Below the pieces are notes generated by a model that was not told the DNA's origin, ran no database searches, and was given only the letters and a program-made list of their open reading frames with translations. From Spirochaetia bacterium (GTDB lineage: Bacteria; Spirochaetota; Spirochaetia; SZUA-6; Bin103): a stretch of DNA of 64,000 bases. The stretch spans positions 3,872,001 to 3,936,000 of the forward strand of contig CBDBDQ010000005.1 of assembly GCA_965203905.1 (NCBI GenBank), read 5' to 3'. Positions 48,223 to 56,847 of this stretch are shown piece by piece. A program made the translations under genes and the position numbers. The stretch's first letter is position 1. Every line of letters starts with the position of its first letter.

Positions 48223-50334
48223 TCATCGAGCAGGAACGGGCTGGCGTTCCTTGAGCGCAGCGACCAGGTCGGCGCTGTCGTGGTGCCAGTTGGCGTCCGC
48301 GGCCCGGGCGTGCGCACCATCGCTGACGACGGCATCGAGCGCCACGCGGAGGCAGCGAATCGCCGCGCCGTCGAGGCACGCCAACACGACGCCGTCCGCG
48401 GTCGCGGCCATGGCACACGGGCCGCTGCCGCCGGGTACGGCTACCATGGTCTGCCGCCAGGAGCCGCCACCGGTGGAGGTGCCCAGCACGACACCTTCCT
48501 GGGTAGCCCACGCCGCCGCGTACAAGCGCCGCGTGCCGAGGGCGGCGTGATCGTCCTCGGTAAGCGTCAGCGCCACCACCGCGGCCCCCGGCGCGGGCGG
48601 TACGGCCGCCGCGGCCCCGTTGGCGCCGGCGGTGCCATGCGCGGTTCGCCAGCTGCGGCCACCGTCTGCGGACATCCAGCGGCGGTCGCCATCGGACACG
48701 ACCACCTCCGGTGGCGCATCGGTCTCCACTACCTCGGAGGCCATGGCGGCTACCTGCTCCACGCCCTCGGTGCGGCTGCGTGCGCCGTCCGCCACCGCGA
48801 ACGCCAGGCGGACGCCGGCCGCCGCGGCCTCCAGGCGGCCTACGGCGACCGCCGGCTGCCAGCGCTCCTCGTAACGGCGCAGCACGCTCAGCGTGCCGCC
48901 GGCCGCGTACGCGACCAGCACTTCTCCCGTGGGCAGCTCGGCGATCGCCAGGTCGCTGACCGGCGCAGCCACCTGCGCTGCGTGCTCGACGTAACCGCGG
49001 CGGCGACGCAGGTAGCTGTAGTAGGGGGCCAGGTCGAGGCGCGCGCCGGCTTCCCGCAGGCGTGCGCGCAGTGCCGGCACGTCCACCGCATCCACCGAAC
49101 GCGCCGGCGCCGCCAGCGCGGCCGCTACGCCGGCCGCGAAGCCGGTCTGGGCGCAGGTGCCCATCACCCGGAACGAGCTGGTGGCCAGGTGGTCGCCGCC
49201 CAGGCAGCGGCCTGGCACCAGCAGGTTGGCTGCGCCGCGCGGGCGCATGGCGCGCAGCGGTATCTGGTGCGGCGGGCACTGCACCGTGATGCCGGTGCCG
49301 GCGCGTTGCACCACGGTGGGCCAGTGGTAGTCGGTGTGGTAGGAGCCCACCGCCACCGCGTCGGGGAAGTGGCGCCCGGCGAGGATGTCGTCGGCGCGCA
49401 GCGAGTAGACCGCGTCCACCCGCCGCCCCTCGCGGATGCCGATGTGCGGCGCCACCCACGCCAGGCGGTGGTTGGGATAGCACGCTCCGCGGTAGCCGCG
49501 CGTCTGCAGGTAGTGCACCACCCCGATCATCTGCCGCCGGCCCGCCTGCTCCGCCGCCGACAGCGAGGCGCCGTCGGTGGCGTCGTGGCCGATCACCTTC
49601 ATCTTCACGGTCACGTGGTAGCCATGTGGGATGACCGTGATCATCGGCACGTCCTCGTCGTCCCGGTAGCGCGGACAGCCGGGCGGGAGCTGCGGCTGCA
49701 CCGGCGCGCCGTTGTCCACCAGGGTGAAGTAGAGGCTCATCGGCAACTGGCGCCGGCCCGCCGCCTCGTCCACCGTCGGCGGGTCGCCCGGCATCAGCAC
49801 CGGGCCGCCCTTGCGGAACGGCCAGCCGCCGCGCGCCACCAGGTCGGCATCGCCGGTGGCGTCCACCGCCACCGCGGGTGCGACCCGGGTCAGGCCGCTC
49901 TTGTTGGCCAGCACCACGCCGGCCACGCGTTCGCCCTCCCGCTCCACGGCCAGTACCTGCGTGTGCAGCAGCAGTTCCACGCCCGCCTCGGCGAGCATCT
50001 CCTGCAGCACGAACTTCAGGCTCTCGCAGTCGAAGGCGCGCCCGTCGGCGTTGGGCCGGTAGCGGTGGATGCCGCCGAAGGCGTCAAGCCGGCGCAACAT
50101 CTCGCGCCAGCGGTCGTTGACGAAGCGGGTCTCGCCGCAGAAGGTGTGCACCCCGCCGGCGGTGCCCTGCCCGCCGACGAAACCGTGCTGCTCGACCAGC
50201 AGCACGCCCGCCCCGTGGTCCGCCGCCGCGAGCGCCGCGTACACTCCGGCCACGCCGCCGCCGGCGACCAGGACGGCCACGCTCCGCTGTGCGCGGAGCG
50301 GTAACGTCACGCTACTCTCGTTCATGGTGCTCAT
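48223..50334 (-). CDS. FAD-dependent oxidoreductase with C-terminal Asp-box-like extension
   Basis: VAGGGVAG, DATGDAD, REGRR, QIPLRA; C-terminal SADGGRSW and STGGGSW. Confidence 0.82.
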   Translation of the reverse strand: MSTMNESSVTLPLRAQRSVAVLVAGGGVAGVYAALAAADHGAGVLLVEQHGFVGGQGTAGGVHTFCGETRFVNDRWREMLRRLDAFGGIHRYRPNADGRAFDCESLKFVLQEMLAEAGVELLLHTQVLAVEREGERVAGVVLANKSGLTRVAPAVAVDATGDADLVARGGWPFRKGGPVLMPGDPPTVDEAAGRRQLPMSLYFTLVDNGAPVQPQLPPGCPRYRDDEDVPMITVIPHGYHVTVKMKVIGHDATDGASLSAAEQAGRRQMIGVVHYLQTRGYRGACYPNHRLAWVAPHIGIREGRRVDAVYSLRADDILAGRHFPDAVAVGSYHTDYHWPTVVQRAGTGITVQCPPHQIPLRAMRPRGAANLLVPGRCLGGDHLATSSFRVMGTCAQTGFAAGVAAALAAPARSVDAVDVPALRARLREAGARLDLAPYYSYLRRRRGYVEHAAQVAAPVSDLAIAELPTGEVLVAYAAGGTLSVLRRYEERWQPAVAVGRLEAAAAGVRLAFAVADGARSRTEGVEQVAAMASEVVETDAPPEVVVSDGDRRWMSADGGRSWRTAHGTAGANGAAAAVPPAPGAAVVALTLTEDDHAALGTRRLYAAAWATQEGVVLGTSTGGGSWRQTMVAVPGGSGPCAMAATADGVVLACLDGAAIRCLRVALDAVVSDGAHARAADANWHHDSADLVAALKERQPVPAR

Positions 50335-50414
50335 AGATTCGTAGGTGCAATTCTCGTGTCGCAATCTCGCCGCGTCAAATGCTGCGTTCGCCAAACCGGT
50401 CGGACGCGGCTTCG

Positions 50415-50618
50415 CTACCGGAACACGAGCCGCTTGCGGCTGGCGGCGCACTCCCGAAGATAGAGATTGATCAGCGTCTGGTAGGGGATGCGGCTGTCGG
50501 CTGCAAGTGCCTTGAAATACTCCAGCGTGTCCAGGTCCAGCCGTATCGTGACCTGTCTCTTGAGATGCTTCGCATAGGGATTTCGTTTCGCCTTGGAGAA
50601 GTCGTAGTTGTCTCTCAT
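50415..50618 (-). CDS. brnA: BrnA-family antitoxin
   Basis: YDFSKAKRNPYAK.LK.QVTIRLD...YFK..A....IPYQTLINLYL. Confidence 0.88.
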   Translation of the reverse strand: MRDNYDFSKAKRNPYAKHLKRQVTIRLDLDTLEYFKALAADSRIPYQTLINLYLRECAASRKRLVFR

Positions 50619-50911
50619 CACGCCCACCTGCGTTCGTATTCGGCGCGCTCCACGCGGCTGGCCTTGCGGGCTGAAAAGATCCGGATGATCTCGTCATCCT
50701 CGCGGTAGCAGTGACAGACCACCAGGGTCCGCAGCGCCAGGCTCATCCCAATGAGCACAAACCGATCCTTATCGTCCGAGTGATCCGGGTCGCCGATGAG
50801 CAAAGCCCGATCGTCATAAAACACGCTCTGGGCCTCGTGGAACGAAACGCCGTGTTTGCGGTTGTTCTCGGCACTCTTGCGCTCGTCCCACTGAAATCGA
50901 ATCTCATCCAC
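50618..50911 (-). CDS. brnT: BrnT-family ribonuclease toxin
   Basis: FQWDERK...N.RKHGVSF.EA, DPDHS..DRF, IRIFSARKA. Confidence 0.9.
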   Translation of the reverse strand: MDEIRFQWDERKSAENNRKHGVSFHEAQSVFYDDRALLIGDPDHSDDKDRFVLIGMSLALRTLVVCHCYREDDEIIRIFSARKASRVERAEYERRWA

Positions 50912-50919
50912 ACGAGTGC

Positions 50920-50949
50920 ATCATAACTACACTGTAATGATATCGTCAA
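50920..50949 (-). promoter_or_regulatory. brnTA promoter/operator (probably leaderless transcript)
   Basis: TTGACG-N18-TATGAT with a TACA-G-TGTA palindrome in the spacer; the -10 lies 8 nt from the GTG start. Confidence 0.6.
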
Positions 50950-51396
50950 GCTCGCGATGTCGCCGTCCCGAACACCCAGCGGCAACCGGTCTGGTCTACG
51001 CGGTAGTTGTGTGCCTCATCGCCGGCGGCCGCGCCCCGCTGCCTCGGCGGTCGACCAGGCGCTTGGGGTGCCGCTCGAGCGGCCGTTAGTGATGTGGGTG
51101 GCGCCGATGTCCTCGCGCCCCAGCATATTGTCGACCCGGACTCCCGGACTGGCAGCAACGCACCGTTTTGGCAGTTGCTGCAATCAGTGCTTGCCGTGAC
51201 CTGCCGCGCACGGCGGCGCGAGTCGGCATCGATTGCTGAGCCACCCGAATCGGGCGTGGCAGCGGGCGGCGCGAGCGCTACGCCAACTTCAGTAATGCCC
51301 GGCATGCGCTGCGGCGCCTGCGGCCGCTGCGCGCTGACGGACTTTCCACGATGCCGCGCTCGCCCTGTTCGACCCCGGCGTGCGCATGCTGCTCGC

Positions 51397-51455
51397 GTGG
51401 CATACGCGGACCGGATCACTATCGAGCCTGGAAAGCGTGGCGGCAAGCCCCTGCC
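51397..51455 (+). pseudogene. DUF433 antitoxin N-terminal remnant
   Basis: MAYADRITIEPGKRGGKP, then frameshift/truncation. Confidence 0.6.
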
Positions 51456-51520
51456 TGTGTCGATCCGGCAGTCCGTGGCCGGCGGTGGTGTATATGGCTA
51501 ATGTATGCTTTGAGTTGACG

Positions 51521-51763
51521 GTGACGAGAACTCAGATCTACCTGACCGACGAGCAGAGGGACAGCCTCGGGAGCCAGTCTGCAAGGACTGGCCGACCGAT
51601 GAGTGAACTGATTCGGGAAGCACTCGACGAGTACCTTCGACGCCACCGACCGGAGCGGCGACAAGAAGTACTTCGCAGCGTAGCGGGCCTCTGGGCCGAT
51701 CGAACAGACCTCGCGCAGTTGGACGACGCGCGCGCTACGCTGGACAGAGATCTGTCGCCGTGA
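51521..51763 (+). CDS. CopG/RHH antitoxin (VapB-like)
   Basis: RTQIYLT..Q....SELIREALDEYL, GLWADR. Confidence 0.85.
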   Translation: MTRTQIYLTDEQRDSLGSQSARTGRPMSELIREALDEYLRRHRPERRQEVLRSVAGLWADRTDLAQLDDARATLDRDLSP

Positions 51764-52149
51764 GTGGCATTCTCCTGGACTCCGATATCGCCATCGACTA
51801 CCTGCGCGGAGTCCAGGCAGCGGTCGAGTTCGTCCAGCGGCATGAAAATGAGATTTCCCTGTCGGCGGTGACGGTTGCCGAGCTGTTCGCCGGTGTGAGG
51901 GAGGGCGACGAGACCGACAAGCTGGAGGAGTTCGTGGGGTTGTTTCCCGTGATTCCGGTCGCCCTGGAGGTGGCGAAGACGGCAGGTCTTCATCGCCGGG
52001 ATTTCGGTCCTTCCCACGGCACCGGTCTGGCTGATGGAATGTTGGCGGCTACGGCGGACCTTCATGCACTGGAGCTGAGAACGTTGAGCACCCGCCACTA
52101 CCCGATGTTTCAGGGCCTTCGCGCGCCGTACGTGCGGCCCCCTTCTTGA
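51760..52149 (+). CDS. vapC: VapC PIN-domain toxin
   Basis: LLDSD, TVAEL.AG, GLADGMLAATA, HYPM. Confidence 0.88.
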   Translation: MSGILLDSDIAIDYLRGVQAAVEFVQRHENEISLSAVTVAELFAGVREGDETDKLEEFVGLFPVIPVALEVAKTAGLHRRDFGPSHGTGLADGMLAATADLHALELRTLSTRHYPMFQGLRAPYVRPPS

Positions 52150-52225
52150 CCCGGCAGCGCGCTCGGCATCGGGACGAGGGCCGCTACCGACGCTGGCCGA
52201 CCGACCCGACCGAATCACACTTGCC

Positions 52226-52252
52226 ACGTATTCCGTGCGCACGTATTCTGTG
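52226..52252 (+). promoter_or_regulatory. Direct-repeat operator ahead of the antitoxin
   Basis: CACGTATTCCGTG / CACGTATTCTGTG tandem just before ATG 52256. Confidence 0.5.
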
Positions 52253-52255
52253 TCG

Positions 52256-52483
52256 ATGAATCTCACACTGTCGGTGGATGAACAGATCGTGAAGCGGGCT
52301 CGTACCACGGCTGCGGCGATGGGCATGAGTCTGAACCAGGCGGTGCGCAACTACCTCGGCGAACTCGCCGGGCAGTCGTCGCCGGCAGCGGACATCGCCG
52401 AGATCGAACACCTGTCGTTGGTCGCGGGCGGCAATCGGCGCGGCTGGCGCTTCGACCGCGAGCATCTGCACGAACGTGCGTAG
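52256..52483 (+). CDS. RHH antitoxin (DUF6364-like)
   Basis: NLTLSVDE.IVKRAR..A..MGMSLNQAVR.YL; C-terminal WRFDREHLHER. Confidence 0.8.
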   Translation: MNLTLSVDEQIVKRARTTAAAMGMSLNQAVRNYLGELAGQSSPAADIAEIEHLSLVAGGNRRGWRFDREHLHERA

Positions 52484-52886
52484 TTTCTTCGACACCAACG
52501 TCCTTGCGTACACCGACGACGCCGGGGAGCCGAACAAGCAGGCCACGGCCCTGAAGCTGCACGCCGCCAGCCACCAGCGCGGCCAGGGCGTCGTCTCCAC
52601 GCAAGTGTTGCAGGAGTACTTCGTCACGGCGACGCGAAAGATGGGTGTGGACCCGGTCATCGCACGTCGCAAGCTGGAGTTGTTCTCCCGCATGAACGTG
52701 GTGGTGAATCAGGTCGACGACGTTATCGCGGCCGTGGATCTTGCGCGACTCCATTCCCTGTCGTTCTGGGACGCGCTCATCGTGCGGGCGGCTCAGCGCG
52801 CGGAATGCAGCGTGCTCTACTCGGAGGACATGCAGGACGGCTGGAGGATAGACGGCCTGCAGATCGTGAATCCGTTTACGACCTGA
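52476..52886 (+). CDS. vapC: PIN-domain toxin
   Basis: FFDTNVL.Y, STQVLQEY, SFWDALI, LYSEDMQDG, NPF. Confidence 0.9.
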   Translation: MRSFFDTNVLAYTDDAGEPNKQATALKLHAASHQRGQGVVSTQVLQEYFVTATRKMGVDPVIARRKLELFSRMNVVVNQVDDVIAAVDLARLHSLSFWDALIVRAAQRAECSVLYSEDMQDGWRIDGLQIVNPFTT

Positions 52887-52963
52887 CCGCGACCCCGACG
52901 CGTTGGTCGGCGAGTGCAGTAGTGGGACGAGGAGATTGTCGTGTCTCAGTCACCATCTGGATC

Positions 52964-54825
52964 AAGTGCCAAAAAAATTGCGCTGAGCACTTGACGGGTT
53001 TGGCGCCGCTCATAACGGCCCGCTGACGCACGTTCCGGCCCCTCCGACCCTGCGAACATCCTGCCACGGCCTCCAGGCCCATCAGAACCCGCCAGCGCCG
53101 GCCTGAGCCCTTCCAGGTGCCGGTCCGGGACTCGCCGAAACCGGGCATTTCTCAGCCATGCTTATATTTACGCCATGCCTTCCGCGACCTCCACCGGCTT
53201 CTCCTCCTCGCTCTCCGGGCTCCCCGACCAGGTGCTGCTGGCGCACACCAGGTCCCTCGTGCTGCACGAGCAGGCGCTGCAGCTCGCCGTCCTCGACCAC
53301 CTGCGCGAGATCCACGCCCGCCACCTGCACCTGCGCCTCGGGTTCTCCAGCCTGTTCGACTACGCGGTGCGCGAGTTGGGCTATAGCGAAGGTGCCGCGT
53401 GGCGCCGTATCAAAGCCATGCGCCTGTGCTCCGATACCGCCGGGACACGCGAGCGGCTGCAGGACGGCTCGCTCACCCTGAGCGCCGCGGCGCAGTTGCA
53501 GAACACCTTCGACCTCCTGCAGCGCACGGCGACCGCCGCCGCGGACCACGGCGCGCCACCCGCGGCACCGGAGCTGCTGCCGCGCGGCACGGGGCCGACG
53601 CCGGAGGCGGGGGCTTCGGGGACCGGGGCAGCGGCGGCGGCGCGACCGGTGCCGGCGCTGGACGCGGCGCAGCGGCAGGAGCTGGTGGCGCGGGCGAGCG
53701 GCAAGAGCACCCGCGAGGTGAAGCAGTTGTTGGCCGGGGTGGCTCCCGAGCTGGCGCGGCCGGCCGACCGCCTGCGGGCGCTGGGCGAGGGCCGCTGGGA
53801 GTTGAAGGTGGTGATCGACTCTGCCTGTCAGTGCGGGATCGAGCAGCTACGGGCACGGCTGTCGCACGTGGACCCGCACCTGACGCTGGGGCAACTGGTG
53901 CAGGACGGCCTGCAGCGCTACGACCCGGGGCGGCCGCGGCGCGGGCGCAGAGGTGGGCGCCGGGAGGCGAGCGCGGGCCAGACGCTGGAGCCGAAGACGC
54001 AGGAAGAGCCGGCGGGCGGGGTGACTTCGCCGCCGAAGTGGGGCGCGCAAGAGCAACCCGGAAAGCCACCGCTGGCGGGATCGATCGCCCGTTGCACCCC
54101 AGCGTCGGCAGCGCTGTCCGCAGAGGGAGCCGCGCGCGGCAATGGCGGCGCCGGTACCTCGGAGCTGTCCGCGCCGCCGTCGGGGCGCGAGACTTGCGCC
54201 GGCAGCACCCCGATGCGTGCCAAGTCAGCGGCGACTGAGCCCGGCAGGGCTACTTCGGCGCCGAAGTCGGTGGCCGATCGTGGGTCCCACGGCACCGTAC
54301 CGGCGCCACGGCCGACGCCGCCGGCAGACCAGGGCAGGCCGCCCGTGCTGGCAGCGACGGATCGCAGCCGCAACGCTCCTTTGCCAGCGAAGCGGGCAGG
54401 GACGGCGCAGCTCAATGGCTATTCGCGGCCTCAGTCGGCGGCAGCCGGCCCCTACGGAGGCAGCGCGCAGCCGCCTCACCGGGCGCGCCGATCCCGCTAC
54501 ATTCCGGCATCAGTGCGGCGCGAGGTGTGGCGCCGCGACGGCGGCTGCTGCAGTTACGTCGATTCGCACAGCGGGCGGCGCTGCGGGTCCCGCTTCCTGC
54601 TGCAGCTCGACCACATCGTTCCCTTTGCGCTCGGCGGCAGCGCCGAGCCGGGGAACTTGAGGCTCCATTGCGCTGCCCACAACCGTTTCCGGCATCGGGA
54701 GTACCGACCGCGGCCAGACGGGGCCACGTGATCCTCGCCGGGGTGCGAGTTGGGCGGTCGGGCGTCGGTCCGATGGCAACGGTCGTTACGATTGCGGCCG
54801 GTTTGTCGCGTAGCGTGGATAGTCC
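52964..54825 (+). repeat. HNH-element copy 2 (gene plus conserved non-coding flanks)
   Basis: Inverted homologue of 32259..34147. Confidence 0.9.
53175..54731 (+). CDS. HNH endonuclease with DUF222-like N-terminus (paralogue of 32359..33936)
   Basis: Near-identical N-domain; LQLDHIVPFALGG....NLRLHCAAHN. Confidence 0.88.
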   Translation: MPSATSTGFSSSLSGLPDQVLLAHTRSLVLHEQALQLAVLDHLREIHARHLHLRLGFSSLFDYAVRELGYSEGAAWRRIKAMRLCSDTAGTRERLQDGSLTLSAAAQLQNTFDLLQRTATAAADHGAPPAAPELLPRGTGPTPEAGASGTGAAAAARPVPALDAAQRQELVARASGKSTREVKQLLAGVAPELARPADRLRALGEGRWELKVVIDSACQCGIEQLRARLSHVDPHLTLGQLVQDGLQRYDPGRPRRGRRGGRREASAGQTLEPKTQEEPAGGVTSPPKWGAQEQPGKPPLAGSIARCTPASAALSAEGAARGNGGAGTSELSAPPSGRETCAGSTPMRAKSAATEPGRATSAPKSVADRGSHGTVPAPRPTPPADQGRPPVLAATDRSRNAPLPAKRAGTAQLNGYSRPQSAAAGPYGGSAQPPHRARRSRYIPASVRREVWRRDGGCCSYVDSHSGRRCGSRFLLQLDHIVPFALGGSAEPGNLRLHCAAHNRFRHREYRPRPDGAT

Positions 54826-55043
54826 TGTCCCATCCCTCCACCTGTTGCCGGCGCGGGCCGGCGGGTATTACGGTTAGGCGTCATGAAGGTGCCGGAGTCC
54901 ACGTCTGTTCACGCCCGGCACGGGCGCCACCGCGCCGGTGCTCACCGCACTGACCTCGGACACTCCCACCCAGGAAACGTTGGCATCCACCGGACGGCCC
55001 CGAACGGGATGACCGCCGGCAGTGCTCCGGGAGGACTCGCGCC

Positions 55044-56234
55044 ATGACCGGACAGACGTCCATCGAACCGGCGACCCTGAGGAGGATCAGGGCCAGGAAC
55101 CTGCTGTCTTTCGGGCCTGAGGGGATCGACCTCGAACTGTCTGCCCTCAACGTCCTGATCGGTCCGAACGGCTCGGGAAAATCGAACCTGCTGGAGGTCA
55201 TCAGGCTGCTGCAAGCCGCTCCCCACGATCTAGCCGATCCCGTCCGCACCGGCGGCGGCGTCAGTGATTGGATATGGAGAGGGCAGCCGCAGTGCACGGC
55301 GACGGTCGAGGTCATCATCGACAACCCCCATGGGAAACAACCGCTACGGCACGTGATCGCGTTCAGAGAGTCCGGTCGCCGGTTCACCCTGGAAGACGAG
55401 CGGATCGAGAACGAGCATCCTTACCCTGGACAACCCGACTCGTACTTCTACTACAGACTCCAGGGCGGGAGCCCCGTGCTGAACGTAGTTGGAGACGAAC
55501 GGCGGGAGCTTCAACGGGATGCCGTCGAACCCGACCGGTCGATTCTGTCACAGCGGAAAGAGCCCGATCAGTATCCGGAGCTCGCCTATCTGAGCACGTT
55601 CTACGAGGGCATCAACCTGTACGGCTCCTGGGAGTTCGGGCGGAGCGCCGGCATCCGTGACGCGCAGAGAAGCGACGTTCGCCCGAGTCCGCTGACCGAG
55701 AACTTGTCGAACCTTGGCACGTTCCTCAACCGGCTGGCGCCGTACCCGGCCGCCAGAGCGCGTCTGACGGCGCATCTGACCGAGCTTTACGAAGGCATCA
55801 CCGACTTCGAGCTGTACTTCGATCCGAGCTCCGTACAACTCCTGTTCACGGAGGGGGATTACTCGATCCCGGCATCGCGTCTGTCCGACGGCAGCCTCAG
55901 GTATCTCTTTCTGCTGGCGGCGCTGCTGGACCCGGAACCGCCCAAGTTCCTGGGAATCGAGGAGCCTGAGCTGGGGCTCCACCCGGATCTGATTCCCAAG
56001 CTGGCGGACCTGCTGGTCGACGCGTCAAGCCGGTGCCAACTCGTCGTGACGACGCACTCCGACCTGCTGGTCGACGCGCTGTCCGAGCACGCGGAATCGG
56101 TAGTGGTATGCGAGAAGCACGACGGCCGAACCAGCATGAGGCGTCTCGACCGATCGGACCTCACCCGCTGGCTCGACCGGTATGGGCTGGGGCAACTCTG
56201 GACCAAGGGAAAGCTGGGTGGTGTGCGCTGGTGA
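55044..56234 (+). CDS. AAA_21/ABC-type ATPase (COG4637-like)
   Basis: IGPNGSGKSN, LSDGSLR, IEEPELGLHP, VTTHS. Confidence 0.88.
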   Translation: MTGQTSIEPATLRRIRARNLLSFGPEGIDLELSALNVLIGPNGSGKSNLLEVIRLLQAAPHDLADPVRTGGGVSDWIWRGQPQCTATVEVIIDNPHGKQPLRHVIAFRESGRRFTLEDERIENEHPYPGQPDSYFYYRLQGGSPVLNVVGDERRELQRDAVEPDRSILSQRKEPDQYPELAYLSTFYEGINLYGSWEFGRSAGIRDAQRSDVRPSPLTENLSNLGTFLNRLAPYPAARARLTAHLTELYEGITDFELYFDPSSVQLLFTEGDYSIPASRLSDGSLRYLFLLAALLDPEPPKFLGIEEPELGLHPDLIPKLADLLVDASSRCQLVVTTHSDLLVDALSEHAESVVVCEKHDGRTSMRRLDRSDLTRWLDRYGLGQLWTKGKLGGVRW

Positions 56235-56836
56235 GGGCGGAGATCTACGTCGAGGGTGGAGGGCCGCCTGACAGAGTCACCAACATTCGATGCCGCGAGG
56301 GTTTTCGCAGGCTGCTTGCCAAGTGCGGCCTCGACGACAGCAGGTTCCAAGTGACCGCCTGTGGGGGAGGCGGAGATGCTCGGAACGACTTCCTGGACGC
56401 ACATGCGGTTGCCGGGGACCAATACTATGTCGCGCTACTGATCGACAGCGAGTCTCCTGTCGCGAACATCGAAGAGACGTGGAAACACCTCACCGAAGAG
56501 CATAACTGGCAGCGCCCTCCCGGCGCCCGGGATGACCAGGTGCTTTTCATGACCACGTGCATGGAGACATGGATCGTAGCGGATCGGTCGGCCTTGGGTA
56601 CGCATTTCGGTCAGTGCCTTCTGGTCAGGGAACTTCCCGACCTCGACGGTTTGGAGGAGCTGAGGCGCGGCACCGTAAAGGATCGGCTGCAGGACGCCAC
56701 CCGGAGCTGTCCGGCACGGTACGGGAAGGGGCCGAATTCGTTCCAGTTACTGGGCAGACTCGATCCGACAGTCCTGGAAGAACGCCTGCCGAGCTTCCGC
56801 CGGGCGCGGCGAATCCTGACCGACAAGCTGGGTTGA
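56231..56836 (+). CDS. DUF4276-family (TOPRIM/RloB-like) protein
   Basis: IYVEGGG, ACGG, LLIDSE, FM..CMETWIVAD; GTGA overlap with the ATPase. Confidence 0.78.
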   Translation: MRAEIYVEGGGPPDRVTNIRCREGFRRLLAKCGLDDSRFQVTACGGGGDARNDFLDAHAVAGDQYYVALLIDSESPVANIEETWKHLTEEHNWQRPPGARDDQVLFMTTCMETWIVADRSALGTHFGQCLLVRELPDLDGLEELRRGTVKDRLQDATRSCPARYGKGPNSFQLLGRLDPTVLEERLPSFRRARRILTDKLG

Positions 56837-56847
56837 GGTCTGACGAG

